Shown: one piece after another, positions 7,800-18,552 of the stretch
How the letters are laid out: the number at the start of each line of letters is the position of its first letter
Numbering within the stretch: position 1 is the stretch's first letter
Assembly (NCBI GenBank): GCA_041389225.1
Contig: JAWKSI010000001.1
Span: 51,821-115,820 of the forward strand
Direction: 5' to 3'
Origin: Candidatus Doudnabacteria bacterium
Lineage (GTDB): Bacteria; Patescibacteriota; Doudnabacteria; UBA920
DNA length: 64,000 nt
Translations under genes and position numbers: made by a program
The notes under the pieces: generated by a model
The model's input: the letters and a program-made list of their open reading frames with translations, nothing else
What the model was told of the DNA's origin: nothing
Databases searched by the model: none

Positions 7800-10403
7800 A
7801 TGAGCAAGCGCTCTGGACAATATAAAATTATCATGAATAACTTCGCCTTTATTTTAGAACGACTTTCAAGCCGAGCCAAAAATGCGCTCATTGCAGCACA
7901 AATGGTTTCGGAAGAACTCCACCACGATCATATCGGAACGGAGCATCTTTTGTTTGGCATTGTCGCCGAAAAAGCTTCCTTTGCCGCAGAAATTTTGATC
8001 AAATCAAAAGTCACCCCTGATGTAGTCAAACAAGAAGTTTCACTTGTTAACCAAAACAGTCAAATCGCTTCGTGGAAACCAGTTCTCTCCCCTAACCTCA
8101 AAAGTGCGATCGAAAAATCTGCGATCATTGCTAGCCAGTACGGTTATCAATTTATTGGTACCGAACATTTTTTGTACGGCCTAACTACAACGGGCAACAA
8201 CAAGTCTCGAGTAATTCTCTCTAAACTCGGAATCAACATGAACGAACTCGAACAAAATCTTATTGCTGTATTCGAAAATATTTCTAAGTTTCCAGAAATT
8301 CCAGGACAAGACAACGACCCCGAACCGACTCACGAAAACCACCCACACCCTGGTGCAATGATGCCAACCCCTGACGGTAAACGCGGCAATGTGCTCGAAC
8401 AATTTACTACAGACTTAACTCAAAAAGCAGCGCAAGGAAAAATCGACCCAGTAATTGGTCGCAAAAAAGAGATCGAACGTGTTATCAGCATCCTTGGTCG
8501 CCGAACCAAAAATAACCCAGTCCTAATTGGCGAAGCTGGAGTTGGAAAAACCGCAATCGTCGAAGGTCTTGCATTAGCAATCGCCAACCGTGAAGTTCCA
8601 GATAATTTACTCGACAAAAAAATCTTAGCTCTCGACTTAGCTTTGGTTGTTGCAGGTTCAATGTTTAGAGGAGAATTTGAGAATCGACTCAAGCAAATTA
8701 TTGATGAAGTTAAAGAAAACGAAAATGTCATCCTCTTTATTGACGAACTTCATACCATGGCTGGCGCTGGCGCTTCGCAAGGTAGTTTGGACGCGGCTAA
8801 TATTCTCAAACCTGCACTAGCCCGTGGTGAAATGCGCACTATCGGCGCCACCACAATTTCGGAATACAAAAAACATATCGAGACTGATGCTGCACTCGAA
8901 CGACGCTTTCAATCAATCTTAGTAGAAGAGCCGAGCAAAGAAGAAACTATTGCTATCCTCAAAGGTATTCGACCTAACTACGAAAAACACCATAACGTTC
9001 AGATTACTGACGAAGCTATTAATGCTGCCGTCGAACTTTCTGATCGCTACATTCAAGATCATCACCTCCCCGATAAAGCTGTTGACCTTGTCGACGAAAC
9101 TGCAGCTTTTCTTCGAAGTATTCATAGCAACTCCAAACTTGCCAAAACCAAACGCAAAGTTGAATCAGAATTAGAAACTCTCGAACAAGAAAAAACCAAA
9201 GCTGTGATGGAACAAGATTTTACAACTGCACTCCACTTGCGAAGCCAAGAAGATCGTTTACTCAAACAAAAAAAAGAACTCGATCTTTTGGCAGCCAAAG
9301 AAAAAGGTCCGGTATATTCGATTAGCGCCCAAGACATCGCCCATACCGTAAGTCTCATGACCAAAATCCCGTTACAAAAACTAGCACAGAGCGAAGTCGG
9401 AAAACTTACAAACCTCGAAAAAGTTCTCAAAACCAAAATCGTTGGTCAAGACGAATCTATTACCGAAATTGCCAAAACTATTCGCCGCAGTCGCGCTGGA
9501 TTGGCCGACCCAAATCGCCCAATCGGTTCTTTTATGTTCTTAGGTCCAACTGGAGTTGGAAAAACCGAAACCGCCAAAGCTATTGCCGCGGAAGTATTTG
9601 AAGACCCTGATGCACTAATTAGAGTCGATATGTCAGAGTTTATGGAACGCCACAATGTCGCGCGATTAATTGGCGCACCCGCTGGTTATGTTGGCTACGA
9701 AGAAGGTGGTCGCCTAACCGAAGCAGTTCGCCGTAAACCTTATGCAGTTGTCTTGTTTGACGAAATCGAAAAAGCACACCCAGAAGTATTCAATATCTTG
9801 CTTCAAATTCTTGAAGATGGTCAACTTACAGACAGCTCCGGGAAACGAGTCAACTTTACCAACACTGTGATAATTATGACTTCCAACCTTGGTATGCAAG
9901 AGCTTAATGCCCAAGCTAACAAAATTGGTTTTGCCGACAAAGAAGAAGAAACTAATCAAAAAGCCAAGCTCGAACAAGAATACGAACGCATCAAAGTCGG
10001 TCTACTAGAAAAACTCAAAAAAGATTTGCGGCCAGAATTTCTAAACCGAATCGATAAAGTTTTGATTTTTAAACCACTAGGACAAACCGAACTCAAAAAA
10101 ATTACAAGACTTCAACTCAAAGAATTATCAGAGCGTATCAAAGCTCAAGGTTCGGAACTCAAATTTGAGACACCTGTGGTCAACTTCATTACACAAAAAA
10201 GTTACGACCCGTTGCAAGGAGCGCGCTACATTCGTAAAAATATCCAAGATTTAGTCAGCGACCCATTGGCTGAAGAAATTATTTCGAATGAACTTATTCC
10301 TGGTTCAATTATCACGATTACTTTGGACCACGATGAGCAAATTCGCTTTGAACGATCTGCGAACAAAACTGCAACCAAAAAACCAGAACCAGTAGTTGCG
10401 TAA
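7800..10403 (+). CDS. clpC: ClpC-type AAA+ chaperone: Clp_N repeats, two AAA modules, a short UVR-like middle domain and an IGF-like loop
   Basis: Walker A motifs GEAGVGKTAIVEGLA and GPTGVGKTETAKAIA. The UVR-like segment is EQDFTTALHLRSQEDRL. KIGFADKEE is a ClpP-docking-loop-like segment. The shortness of the middle domain argues against ClpB. Confidence 0.9.
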   Translation: MSKRSGQYKIIMNNFAFILERLSSRAKNALIAAQMVSEELHHDHIGTEHLLFGIVAEKASFAAEILIKSKVTPDVVKQEVSLVNQNSQIASWKPVLSPNLKSAIEKSAIIASQYGYQFIGTEHFLYGLTTTGNNKSRVILSKLGINMNELEQNLIAVFENISKFPEIPGQDNDPEPTHENHPHPGAMMPTPDGKRGNVLEQFTTDLTQKAAQGKIDPVIGRKKEIERVISILGRRTKNNPVLIGEAGVGKTAIVEGLALAIANREVPDNLLDKKILALDLALVVAGSMFRGEFENRLKQIIDEVKENENVILFIDELHTMAGAGASQGSLDAANILKPALARGEMRTIGATTISEYKKHIETDAALERRFQSILVEEPSKEETIAILKGIRPNYEKHHNVQITDEAINAAVELSDRYIQDHHLPDKAVDLVDETAAFLRSIHSNSKLAKTKRKVESELETLEQEKTKAVMEQDFTTALHLRSQEDRLLKQKKELDLLAAKEKGPVYSISAQDIAHTVSLMTKIPLQKLAQSEVGKLTNLEKVLKTKIVGQDESITEIAKTIRRSRAGLADPNRPIGSFMFLGPTGVGKTETAKAIAAEVFEDPDALIRVDMSEFMERHNVARLIGAPAGYVGYEEGGRLTEAVRRKPYAVVLFDEIEKAHPEVFNILLQILEDGQLTDSSGKRVNFTNTVIIMTSNLGMQELNAQANKIGFADKEEETNQKAKLEQEYERIKVGLLEKLKKDLRPEFLNRIDKVLIFKPLGQTELKKITRLQLKELSERIKAQGSELKFETPVVNFITQKSYDPLQGARYIRKNIQDLVSDPLAEEIISNELIPGSIITITLDHDEQIRFERSANKTATKKPEPVVA

Positions 10404-10433
10404 AAAAATATAAATCAACAACACTAGCAACCC

Positions 10434-10468
10434 AAACCCGCTAATACTAAAGCGGGTTTTGGTTTTTA
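10434..10468 (+). terminator. intrinsic terminator after clpC (aaacccgc...gcgggttt plus a T-run)
   Basis: Hairpin and T-tract read directly from the sequence. Confidence 0.6.
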
Positions 10469-10574
10469 TATGCCTTTGTATTATTATCTTCTAAAGGTTT
10501 TATTGTTAAGTTAAAATTTTAGCGATCAACCACCACCTAAGTTCTGTATTTTAAAACCAAACCTTTTCTTCTTG

Positions 10575-11034
10575 GTCATCCTGAGCGCTTTTTTCCCTTT
10601 GTCATCCTGAGCGAAGTACTTGTTCTTCGTCATCCTGAGGAGCTTGCGACGAAGGATCTCTTTCCCAAACCAAAGTCCCATTTCCCTCGACCTCCGCACT
10701 GCCCTGAGGTCGGTCTCAGGAAATAGAACTTTGGTTTTTGTTTCCCATATATTCCCAAACCAAAACTTTTCTTCCCTCGAACTCCGAGCGCCTTCGCGAA
10801 GTCGTTCTCGAGAAGAAAAGCTTTGGTTTTTTGTCGTATTAATCCTCTGTCATCCTGAGCGGAGGCGAAGACGGAGTCGAAGGATCCTTTTTGTAGATTC
10901 TTCACTTCGTTCAGAATGACGTTGTGTTTGTTTAACCTTTTTTCCCTTCGTCATCCTGCTTGTACCCGAATGGGTGAGCGGAACAAGTAAAATTGTCATC
11001 CTGAGCGGAGGCGAAGCCGGAGTCGAAGGATCTC
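10575..11034. repeat. array of at least 6 short interspersed repeat copies with core GTCATCCTGAGCG...CGAAGGATC. Two long near-identical 38-40-nt copies lie at 10849-10887 and 10995-11034. Sub-repeats ttcccaaaccaaa and ctttggttttt also occur.
   Basis: Copies at 10575, 10601, 10628, 10849, 10949 and 10995. Spacing is irregular (26, 27, about 220, 100 and 46 nt). The array fills the clpC-comFC intergenic region. The ORFs predicted here (10620..11044) are repeat artefacts. Confidence 0.7.
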
Positions 11035-11104
11035 TTGCCCTCAAAAACTTGAAAAAAACTTGAACAACAAATTGCTATGCTTCAAAATATAATTTTCTTA
11101 TTTT

Positions 11105-11812
11105 ATGTTAAATTTTTTGAAACAATTTGTATTAGCAATCAAGTTTTGGATCCTCGAAGCGATTCTGCCTTATCAATGCGTTGGTTGCAATCAAGTAGGT
11201 AATTTATTTTGTTCAAACTGTCAAAGACAAACCACATTAGCAATCGACAAGTGCATCGTTTGCCAAAAACCAAGCTGGCAAGGATTCACTCACCCAAAAT
11301 GCCAAACCAGATACACACCGGATCGCTTAATAACTTTTTTTGCGTACCAAAATCGCGCCATCAAAACACTCATCGGCCTAACCAAACTCAACTTTATCTC
11401 CAATGCAATTCAAGTACTCGCACAAGCAAGCTCAAATAGAATCAAAATTTTGACTAATCATGATTTTGTTCTATGTCCAGTTCCTTTGTCTGATTATAAG
11501 TTAAGGTTTCGCGGTTTCAATCAAAGTCTAATAATCGCAAAAGTTTTAAACAAAAATTTTGAATGGCCTATCGCTCAAATTGTTGCCAAAAAGCTTTTTA
11601 TCAAACAACAAAAATTTCTCAACCAAACTGATCGCCAAGCTAACATCAAAGAGGCTTTTCTACCAACACAAGAATTAATCCAATCACCGCCAAATACAGT
11701 CATAATCGTTGACGATATTATTACGTCTGGGTCAACTTTTAAAGCAATTTCAAAGGTTCTTAAGAAAAATGGAGTACAAATAGTGTGGTGCTTAGCACTC
11801 GCCCAAGACTAA
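11105..11812 (+). CDS. comFC: ComF family competence protein (phosphoribosyltransferase domain with an N-terminal zinc ribbon)
   Basis: N-terminal CxxC..CxxC (YQCVGCN...CSNCQ). PRTase motif VIIVDDIITSGSTF. Confidence 0.8.
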   Translation: MLNFLKQFVLAIKFWILEAILPYQCVGCNQVGNLFCSNCQRQTTLAIDKCIVCQKPSWQGFTHPKCQTRYTPDRLITFFAYQNRAIKTLIGLTKLNFISNAIQVLAQASSNRIKILTNHDFVLCPVPLSDYKLRFRGFNQSLIIAKVLNKNFEWPIAQIVAKKLFIKQQKFLNQTDRQANIKEAFLPTQELIQSPPNTVIIVDDIITSGSTFKAISKVLKKNGVQIVWCLALAQD

Positions 11813-11870
11813 TTGCTTTTACTAGGATTTTAGGGTAAAATTATCAAGTAAAATCATGAGTCTAAGTTAT

Positions 11871-11961
11871 GGAGAGTTGGCTGAGTGGTCGAAAGCGCCT
11901 CACTGCTAACGAGGTAGGGGTTTATAGCCTCTCAAGGGTTCGAATCCCTTACTCTCCGCCA
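11871..11961 (+). tRNA. tRNA-Ser(GCT)
   Basis: GGAGAGT acceptor stem, D-arm GCTGAGTGGTCGAAAGC, anticodon loop cTGCTAa, long variable arm, T-arm GGGTTCGAATCCC, 3' end ACTCTCCGCCA. Confidence 0.85.
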
Positions 11962-12010
11962 CTAAAATTTTTATCGTGCAGACCTACACACTATCGATTT
12001 TAGGTTAAAT

Positions 12011-12040
12011 AAAACCGCCGTAAGGCGGTTTTATTTATTC
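12011..12040. terminator. bidirectional terminator (aaaaccgcc gtaa ggcggtttt)
   Basis: Hairpin flanked by A-runs and T-runs, between the tRNA and the vapC 3' end. Confidence 0.55.
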
Positions 12041-12510
12041 TATTTTAATTTTATATCTTTAGGTTTCAGTAAATTTATCCCTGGAACTATTTCGAAGTCG
12101 TCTTTACCATCCCTTGAGAGTATACTTTTAACATTATTATTTTTCATAATCACACAATGAAAAGCATCTCCCCAGCCAGGATTGTATAAATTCATATTTT
12201 CACCAACATCTGACCAAAAATCATCAAAGGTATAATTGCTGTTTTTATGTGTATCTAGGATAAAAAACTTAACATTATAGATCTTTGATGATCTTTGAAG
12301 CCTATTAATATCTGAAGCAACTTTTTTGGGCTTTATATTAAATTGATTTATTAATACTTTTGCCAGCTCAACAAAAGTAAATAATGAGGTTACAAACCTA
12401 ACACTCTCCATCCCACTTAGCACCTCAACAGCATTTTCTATTTCAGAGCTAAATTCATCTTTCATATACCATGAAACAAATATATTTGTATCTAAATATA
12501 TATCTTTCAT
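12040..12510 (-). CDS. vapC: PIN-domain protein (VapC-like toxin)
   Basis: The N-terminus MKDIYLDTNIFVSWY is typical of PIN domains (D..N, acidic residues). 156 aa. Confidence 0.7.
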   Translation of the reverse strand: MKDIYLDTNIFVSWYMKDEFSSEIENAVEVLSGMESVRFVTSLFTFVELAKVLINQFNIKPKKVASDINRLQRSSKIYNVKFFILDTHKNSNYTFDDFWSDVGENMNLYNPGWGDAFHCVIMKNNNVKSILSRDGKDDFEIVPGINLLKPKDIKLK

Positions 12511-12511
12511 T

Positions 12512-12667
12512 TTATTTCTTAGCTTTGAATTTTACTGGAACTTCAACCTTTACAGCTTTTTTAGCTTTAAATGAAACACTCTCACCATTTTTAGTTTTAA
12601 AACTAACAGTTACCGGCTTTTGGACTGTCTTGGTAGCCTTAAATTCAACAATTTTTTTGCGTGTCAT
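12512..12667 (-). CDS. unannotated 51-aa lysine-rich ORF (MTRKKIVEFKATKTVQKPVTVSFKTKNGESVSFKAKKAVKVEVPVKFKAKK), a candidate antitoxin partner of VapC
   Basis: Minus-strand translation from the ATG at 12667. Its stop overlaps the vapC start. It falls below the 60-aa cut-off of the ORF track. Confidence 0.4.
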   Translation of the reverse strand: MTRKKIVEFKATKTVQKPVTVSFKTKNGESVSFKAKKAVKVEVPVKFKAKK

Positions 12668-12676
12668 AATTCGATT

Positions 12677-13949
12677 CTACACCAATTTAAGAATCTTGTC
12701 TTCATACTTAATTTTAGATTTTAAATTAGACAATAATAATCTTTTCTCACTAATAGAGCCTTCTTTCAGCAAATATTTTGCATAATTTTTTATGTCAGCG
12801 TCTTTATTATTAGAGACACTCTTAATACCCAAGACACTGGATTGAAATTTATTAAACCTGCTTACTTCGAGCTCTAGCCTTTTCTTAATCCCCAGTTCAT
12901 CAATATCCGTATAATCAATAATTTTAGCTAACTGATCAATCAGCTCTTTTTCTCTAATATACTTGTTTTTACAAAACCTATCTTTAGCTCTAGTGCAGGA
13001 ATAATAAATGTATTTGTTTGACCCACCGTTTTTTAGCTCTTTCCATTTTTCTTCTGCTGATATTCCTGAGCCACACTTACCGCATATAAACATTTTAGTA
13101 AATGCGAATTCTTTAGATTGTCTAGAAATATTATTTCTCTTAAGTTGTTCCTGAACTTTATCAAATAACTCCTTGGTTATAATTGGCTTGTGTCTTCCTT
13201 GATAAACATTGCCGCTATTTCTTGGATATTCAAATTCTCCGTAATAAAAGGTGCTTTGAAGTATTTTGTAAACCGCCGAAAGTGTTACAGGTCTATTACC
13301 TCTTGTATAGAAGTTAAGCTCGAATCTTAACCAGTGATATAACTTTCTACCTGACCATTTTTCGTGAGCCACTTTTTCGAACATTTGTTTTATAACTAAG
13401 GCTCTCTGAGGATCCTGAATAACCACACCCTTTCTATCTGTGCGCTTTTGGTTTAGATAGCCCAAAGGTGCCATATTTGGCCAAAAACCAAGCTCTACGC
13501 GCGTCCTCAACCCTCTTTTAACATTTATACCACGATTGTCATTTTCTAGCTTAGCTTGAGACCCCAATATCATCAGCAAAAACTTTTCATTTGGATTATT
13601 AGAAAACTCTTGGCCGTATGTTCTAATTTTTTGCAATTGCCCTCCATCCATTAAATCGACAATAGATCCCAAGTCTCCAGCATTACGAGATAACCTATCA
13701 GGCGCCCAGGTGAGTATGCCGTTAAATTCTACCCTCTTTAATTTCGCTTAAGAGCTCATTAAAGACTGGTCTTTGATTAGTTTCTTTAGCAGAATGTGAT
13801 TCTTGTTTAATTGTCACAATCTCAAGCCGATCACGCTCTGCTATTTGTAGCATCTCTTTTATCTGTGAATCTATAGACATTACCTGCTTCTCGTCGCCCT
13901 CGGAGCTACCCCTTGCGTATAGACAATATCTTATCTTTATTTCTTCCAT
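12677..13949 (-). CDS. large serine recombinase: resolvase catalytic domain plus recombinase and zinc-ribbon domains, interrupted by one frameshift at about 13722-13730
   Basis: The N-terminal 75-aa ORF (YARGSS..Q) reads on in another frame as ...GILTWAPDRLSRNAGDLGSIVDLMDGGQ.... Removing one T from the attt run at the junction restores ...EGRINGILTW.... The C-terminus has Cys-rich CGKCGSG..YYSC. Confidence 0.8.
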
Positions 13950-14020
13950 ACCACATTAATGACGCACCTGCCTTTTTTAGTCTAGGTAGATAATTTAAAA
14001 ATCAGCCATTTGGCTGATTT

Positions 14021-14722
14021 TTAAGAATACTTATATTCGAGTTTCTCTTTGACTTTTTTCCAATTTGGTAGCTTCTTGTCTAAACAAGCAAAAAATAACT
14101 TATTATGCTTTCTATATTTAATATGGCATAGCTCATGGATTAAAACATAATCTATACAATCTTTAGATGCGTGAATAAGTTTTGGATTTAATGATACTTT
14201 TTTACCCTTAAGGAAACTTCCCCACCTCTTCGACATATTTCTTAGTTCTAACACCAAATCATTATTTTTCGGAAATAGCTTTTTCATCTTCTCAAACCTA
14301 TCCTCAAATACAACAACTGTTTTTTCTTTATACCACCGATCAATTAATATTTTTGTATACGAACTGTTCTTAACTGATTTACTTGTTCTCACCTCAAAGA
14401 CCCCTCTAAAGAGGCATATCGAATCAGCTTTAGCACTTTTAACTACTAATTTATATTGCCTACCTAAATATAATAAACTTTCCCCAGAAACATACTCACG
14501 TTTATATTCTTTTTTATTCACTCGATCAAAAAAGTCGAGCTGTTTATTCATCCAAAACCATTTTCGTTTTAAAAACTGTTCAACTTTATACAGGTCAATA
14601 TCCAAGGGACCTTTGACCACTATTTCTTTGCTCGGTTTAATCGTTAAAGATAAACTTTTGCGTTTTTGTTTTATTAATTGATATTGGTATTGGTAATTTC
14701 CGTATACAAATTTTTTGATCAT
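14021..14722 (-). CDS. WLM/DUF45 (YgjP-like) zinc metallopeptidase, a known companion of type I R-M operons
   Basis: HEXXH motif in DYVLIHELCHIKYRKHN. Lies immediately downstream of hsdR. Confidence 0.7.
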   Translation of the reverse strand: MIKKFVYGNYQYQYQLIKQKRKSLSLTIKPSKEIVVKGPLDIDLYKVEQFLKRKWFWMNKQLDFFDRVNKKEYKREYVSGESLLYLGRQYKLVVKSAKADSICLFRGVFEVRTSKSVKNSSYTKILIDRWYKEKTVVVFEDRFEKMKKLFPKNNDLVLELRNMSKRWGSFLKGKKVSLNPKLIHASKDCIDYVLIHELCHIKYRKHNKLFFACLDKKLPNWKKVKEKLEYKYS

Positions 14723-17700
14723 TAGATTATCTTATGGTTATTCTCTGCCAACTGCACGGCTTTTTCAATCACTTCTTTACTAGCTTCTGGGCTTAAATCC
14801 AAATCATATTCAACCCTTGCCACATCATACAAATAGTCGTCAATTTTATTCATCATCTTTCTTTTTACATCTAAATTTTTATGCCAATCCACTATACTTT
14901 CTTGTTTGATTATACCTATGATATCTAATATTACCGAGGTATAATTTTCGCCGTCTAAAGGTATTAAGTTCTGTAAATTTCTATACAGAATGTCAGCACC
15001 TTTAACAGCAGTTACTTTTTCTGGCAAGCCTTCATCTCTTTTATTTACCACTTGGTCTTCAATCAACCTTAATTGTTTTAAGGCTTCGATGTCTGCCAGT
15101 TTCTTTAATCTCATTTGATCTAAAATCTCTTGGATTTTTTGAAAAGCGATCATAAAATTCTGGATCAGACTCAACATTTTCTCTAATTGTCTTATCTGTC
15201 TGGGCCGCGATCGCTTCTGCTTTAGATTTGTCGGAACCTAGATTTTCTACTTCTTCTTGAAATGCATCTCGGTCGGTAATGTTAACTTGCTTAGTCAAAA
15301 GTTCTACCCCTTTTGCATCAACGTATTTATCCAGCACATCAATTAAAGACTGTTTGTATTCTCCTAAATCTACAGAATCACCATAAACCAAACTTGAAGC
15401 TTTTCTTAATTCCATAAATTTCTTTAGCTCTCTTTTATATAAATCAATGTGTTTAAATTCTTTTACAAAGTTTTGTAAGACGAGACATTCATTAAACTCA
15501 CGAATAAACTTATTCATAGTTTTATAAAATACATCTCTTTGCTGTTCATCCTCTAAATGTCTAATAAAAACCTCGTCATCTTTAGAACCCTTAACTTCTT
15601 TAAAAATATCGTGAAGTTCACCATATGAATGTTCCAGCGATTCTATTTTGTCATCTACATCAATTAAAGCACTCTTAACATCATCTTCATCATAATTACC
15701 AAATAGTTTCATTGCGGTATCAATATTCTTAGCATTTTCCGAATAGTCGACTATAAAACCAGCAGTTTTTGGCAAGACTTCATTTTCAAATAATCTATTG
15801 ACCCGAGCAATAGCTTGCAGTAAATTATGATCTCTTAAGTCTTTGGATAAATACAAAACTGTATTTCGTGGAGCATCAAATCCAGTAAGAAGCTTATCTA
15901 CCACTATAATAATCTCCACCCCATCTTCATTATTTTTAAAACTACTAATCACACCGTCTTCATAAGATTTTACACTAGAGTGATTAGCCCTAACTTCGCC
16001 CAAATAATCCACTACAGTCTTTTTATGGGTATTAACTTTATCTCCATCCTCATGTTCATCAGAAATCACTACAGCTGTATTGATCTTCCCACTAATTGCA
16101 AAAGCTCGCTGGAACAACACCGCAGAAAACTTTGATGGTGCTACAACCTGTGCCTTTAATCCAGTACCTTTAAAATTATCCAAAAAGTGTTTTTCTATAT
16201 CAAAAGCTATCTCTGCAATTCTCTGGGGATTGTCTTTAATAATTTTACTTCCTACATATTGCTGAATCTCTTGCTTTTGTTTGTCCGACATTCCAGCGGT
16301 AATCCGCTCGATATGTTTGTCGATCATGTCTTTATTCTGCACTAAATCGACATATCGACCCTCATAAATTAAAGGTAAAATAACTTTATCATCTAAGGCA
16401 TCATCAATTGTATACCTATCAATGTAGCTACCAAATTTTCTCCAACTTTCAGCTTCTTTTTTCATTAATGGAGTGCCTGTAAAGGCAATATAACAAGCGT
16501 TAGGAATTATCCGATTCATTTCCAAATTGGCAATCCCGGTTTGACTGCGGTGTGCTTCATCAATTAATACAAAAATATTTGAATCATTATCAACCAAGCC
16601 AGTTCGCTTTTTACTGGCTGATTCAAACTTATGCACCAAAGTAGTAATTACGTCCAAACTCTTATCTTTTATTAATCCTAATAAATGCTCGCCACTAGTG
16701 GCCTGGGTTACACCCTTTTTAAGATTACAGTTTTTAAAAGTATCTTTAATTTGTTTGTCTAAATCTTTACGATCTGTAACTACAATCACTCTTGGGTTGG
16801 TAATATTCGGATCTTCTATTAACGCTTTCACAAACATGACCATTGTTAAAGATTTACCTGACCCTTGAGTATGCCAAATTAACCCACCTTTTCTCTTACC
16901 TTCGCCATTAGCACCTTCTTCGTATTCATTAATTCGATTAAATATTTTACGGATTGCAAAATACTGTTGGTACCTGGAGATCTTTTTTATCCCAGCGTCA
17001 AAAACTATATAGTTTTTAGTTAAATCTAAAAGCCTGTCTGGTTTAAATAAAAACACCACACCTTTATCTTGTTCTGTTACCAATCTACTTGTATGTTGTG
17101 TAGTTTGTTCAGGAGATCCATTTAAATCTTTAACCAACTGATTATATACTTTTGGTTCAATTTGCCTTTGCATTACAGACAAAACCTCAGATTCTACTTC
17201 TTCTACACTTAAGCCTTTTTCCTTCCATGCGCTATAAAACTTATTAGGTGTTCCCGTGGTACCATATCTTAAGTCCTTACCATTAGTGCCAACTAATAGT
17301 TGAGCATATGTAAATAACTTAGGGCAATAATCTGCTCCCTGGTTGCGATTTTGTTGCGAGAAAGCCTTGTCTACATCTACGCTAGATTTTTTGTTTTCTA
17401 TTACTGCGAAGGGTATTCCGTTTACAAAACAAACAATGTCTGGGCGAATCTTTTGCTTTCCTTGGGCTTCAAATTCTACAGATACATGGTAGTCATTATT
17501 ATCTGGATTTTTAAAATCTATAAATCTAAAATTCTTAGAAACCTTTTTACCATCGTGATGCACGACTATTGTTTTCCCACCAGCCGTCGGCATAATAGTG
17601 TTAAACACTTCTTGTGAACTATCTATTAAGCCTTTGTATTCTAAATTCTCTAATTCATCAATTGCATCCCTAACATCCTTTTCTCCAAACTTATAGTTTT

Positions 17701-17896
17701 TACCATCTACTTCGTAACTATTAAGCTCCATTAGTTTTTTAGATGCAATATCGTGCAGCAAAAAAGTGCTTGAGTCATTTCCACGCAGCTGCATTATTTC
17801 TTCTCGAGAAATATATTTATATCCAAGATTAATCAATAACTCTACAAAAGGTAATTGTGATTGCCTGGCTTCATCAAAATGTACTTGTTCTAACAT
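14722..17896 (-). CDS. hsdR: Type I restriction enzyme R subunit HsdR, roughly 1060 aa if one frameshift at the A6 run (about 15160-15166) is corrected
   Basis: N-terminal HsdR nuclease region, SF2 helicase motifs (HTQGSGKSLT, FVLIDEAHRSQ) and a C-terminal domain carried by the 151-aa ORF. Reading A6 as A5 gives the continuous ...DPEFYDRFSKIQEILDQMRLKK.... Confidence 0.9.
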
Positions 17897-17998
17897 AATT
17901 TAGTAATTTAATTCCTATAAATAAGTGGGTTTTTATATTTGACATAAACATGATTTATGCTATAATACCTACATCAATACGAAAAGGGATCCGAACGG

Positions 17999-18544
17999 TT
18001 AATTACCTAAGGAGCCCTTTTCTTTTTGCATGATTTTACTTTTAATACTAGGATTTTCTAGTTGATCAAAATATTCTGCGCCAATTTTTTTATATAAAGA
18101 GGAAGCGTATTTTTTATTTGGAAATAATACCTTTAAAAACCTATTTTCGGATATCAAAAAATCAACGAGCATTTTATAGTCGCCATCGCCAGACACTAAG
18201 ACAACTTTATCAAAGTCATCTTTTTTATACATCTTTTTCATAATAGAAAAAATAATATCACAATCCACATTTCCTTTTTTATTTCCCAGCATTGCAGAAT
18301 TATGTTCTCTAAAGACTAAAACAAAACCGGCTTCTTGTATATCTGTATATAAATCTTGATAGTCTTCGTTAAGCCACCCTAAAAAATAATATGCAGTTTT
18401 AACCTTATATTTATTTGCCAAGTATACCCGAAATTTCTCCAAGTCTACTTTCCAAGGACTTATTTCATGCTTAGTGGTGCCCATAAATAAATTTTGCCCA
18501 TCAATATAGGCTAAATTATTTGGTTGTGATTGATAGTCATTCAT
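17999..18544 (-). CDS. NYN (LabA-like, PIN-superfamily) nuclease-domain protein
   Basis: AYIDGQNLF...DCDIIFSIM...VVLVSGDGDYKMLVDFL matches the NYN pattern (IDG.NL...D......VLVSGD.DF). Lies between hsdS and hsdR. Confidence 0.7.
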   Translation of the reverse strand: MNDYQSQPNNLAYIDGQNLFMGTTKHEISPWKVDLEKFRVYLANKYKVKTAYYFLGWLNEDYQDLYTDIQEAGFVLVFREHNSAMLGNKKGNVDCDIIFSIMKKMYKKDDFDKVVLVSGDGDYKMLVDFLISENRFLKVLFPNKKYASSLYKKIGAEYFDQLENPSIKSKIMQKEKGSLGN

Positions 18545-18552
18545 ATAAGATA

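Noticed and set aside
8181-9977. Multiple antisense ORFs within clpC (8181..8402, 8420..8731, 9122..9436, and others)
   Set aside because: They are embedded antisense to a highly conserved AAA+ gene and are typical spurious ORFs.
10575-11034. Possible CRISPR array (repeated GTCATCCTGAGCG units)
   Set aside because: Repeat spacing is irregular (26 to about 220 nt) and the repeats vary in length and sequence. There are no cas genes and no leader.
10620-11044. ORFs 10620..10919 (+), 10630..10905 (-) and 10850..11044 (-)
   Set aside because: They lie entirely within the miniature-repeat array. They are Arg/Ser-rich, low-complexity translations of the GC-rich repeats.
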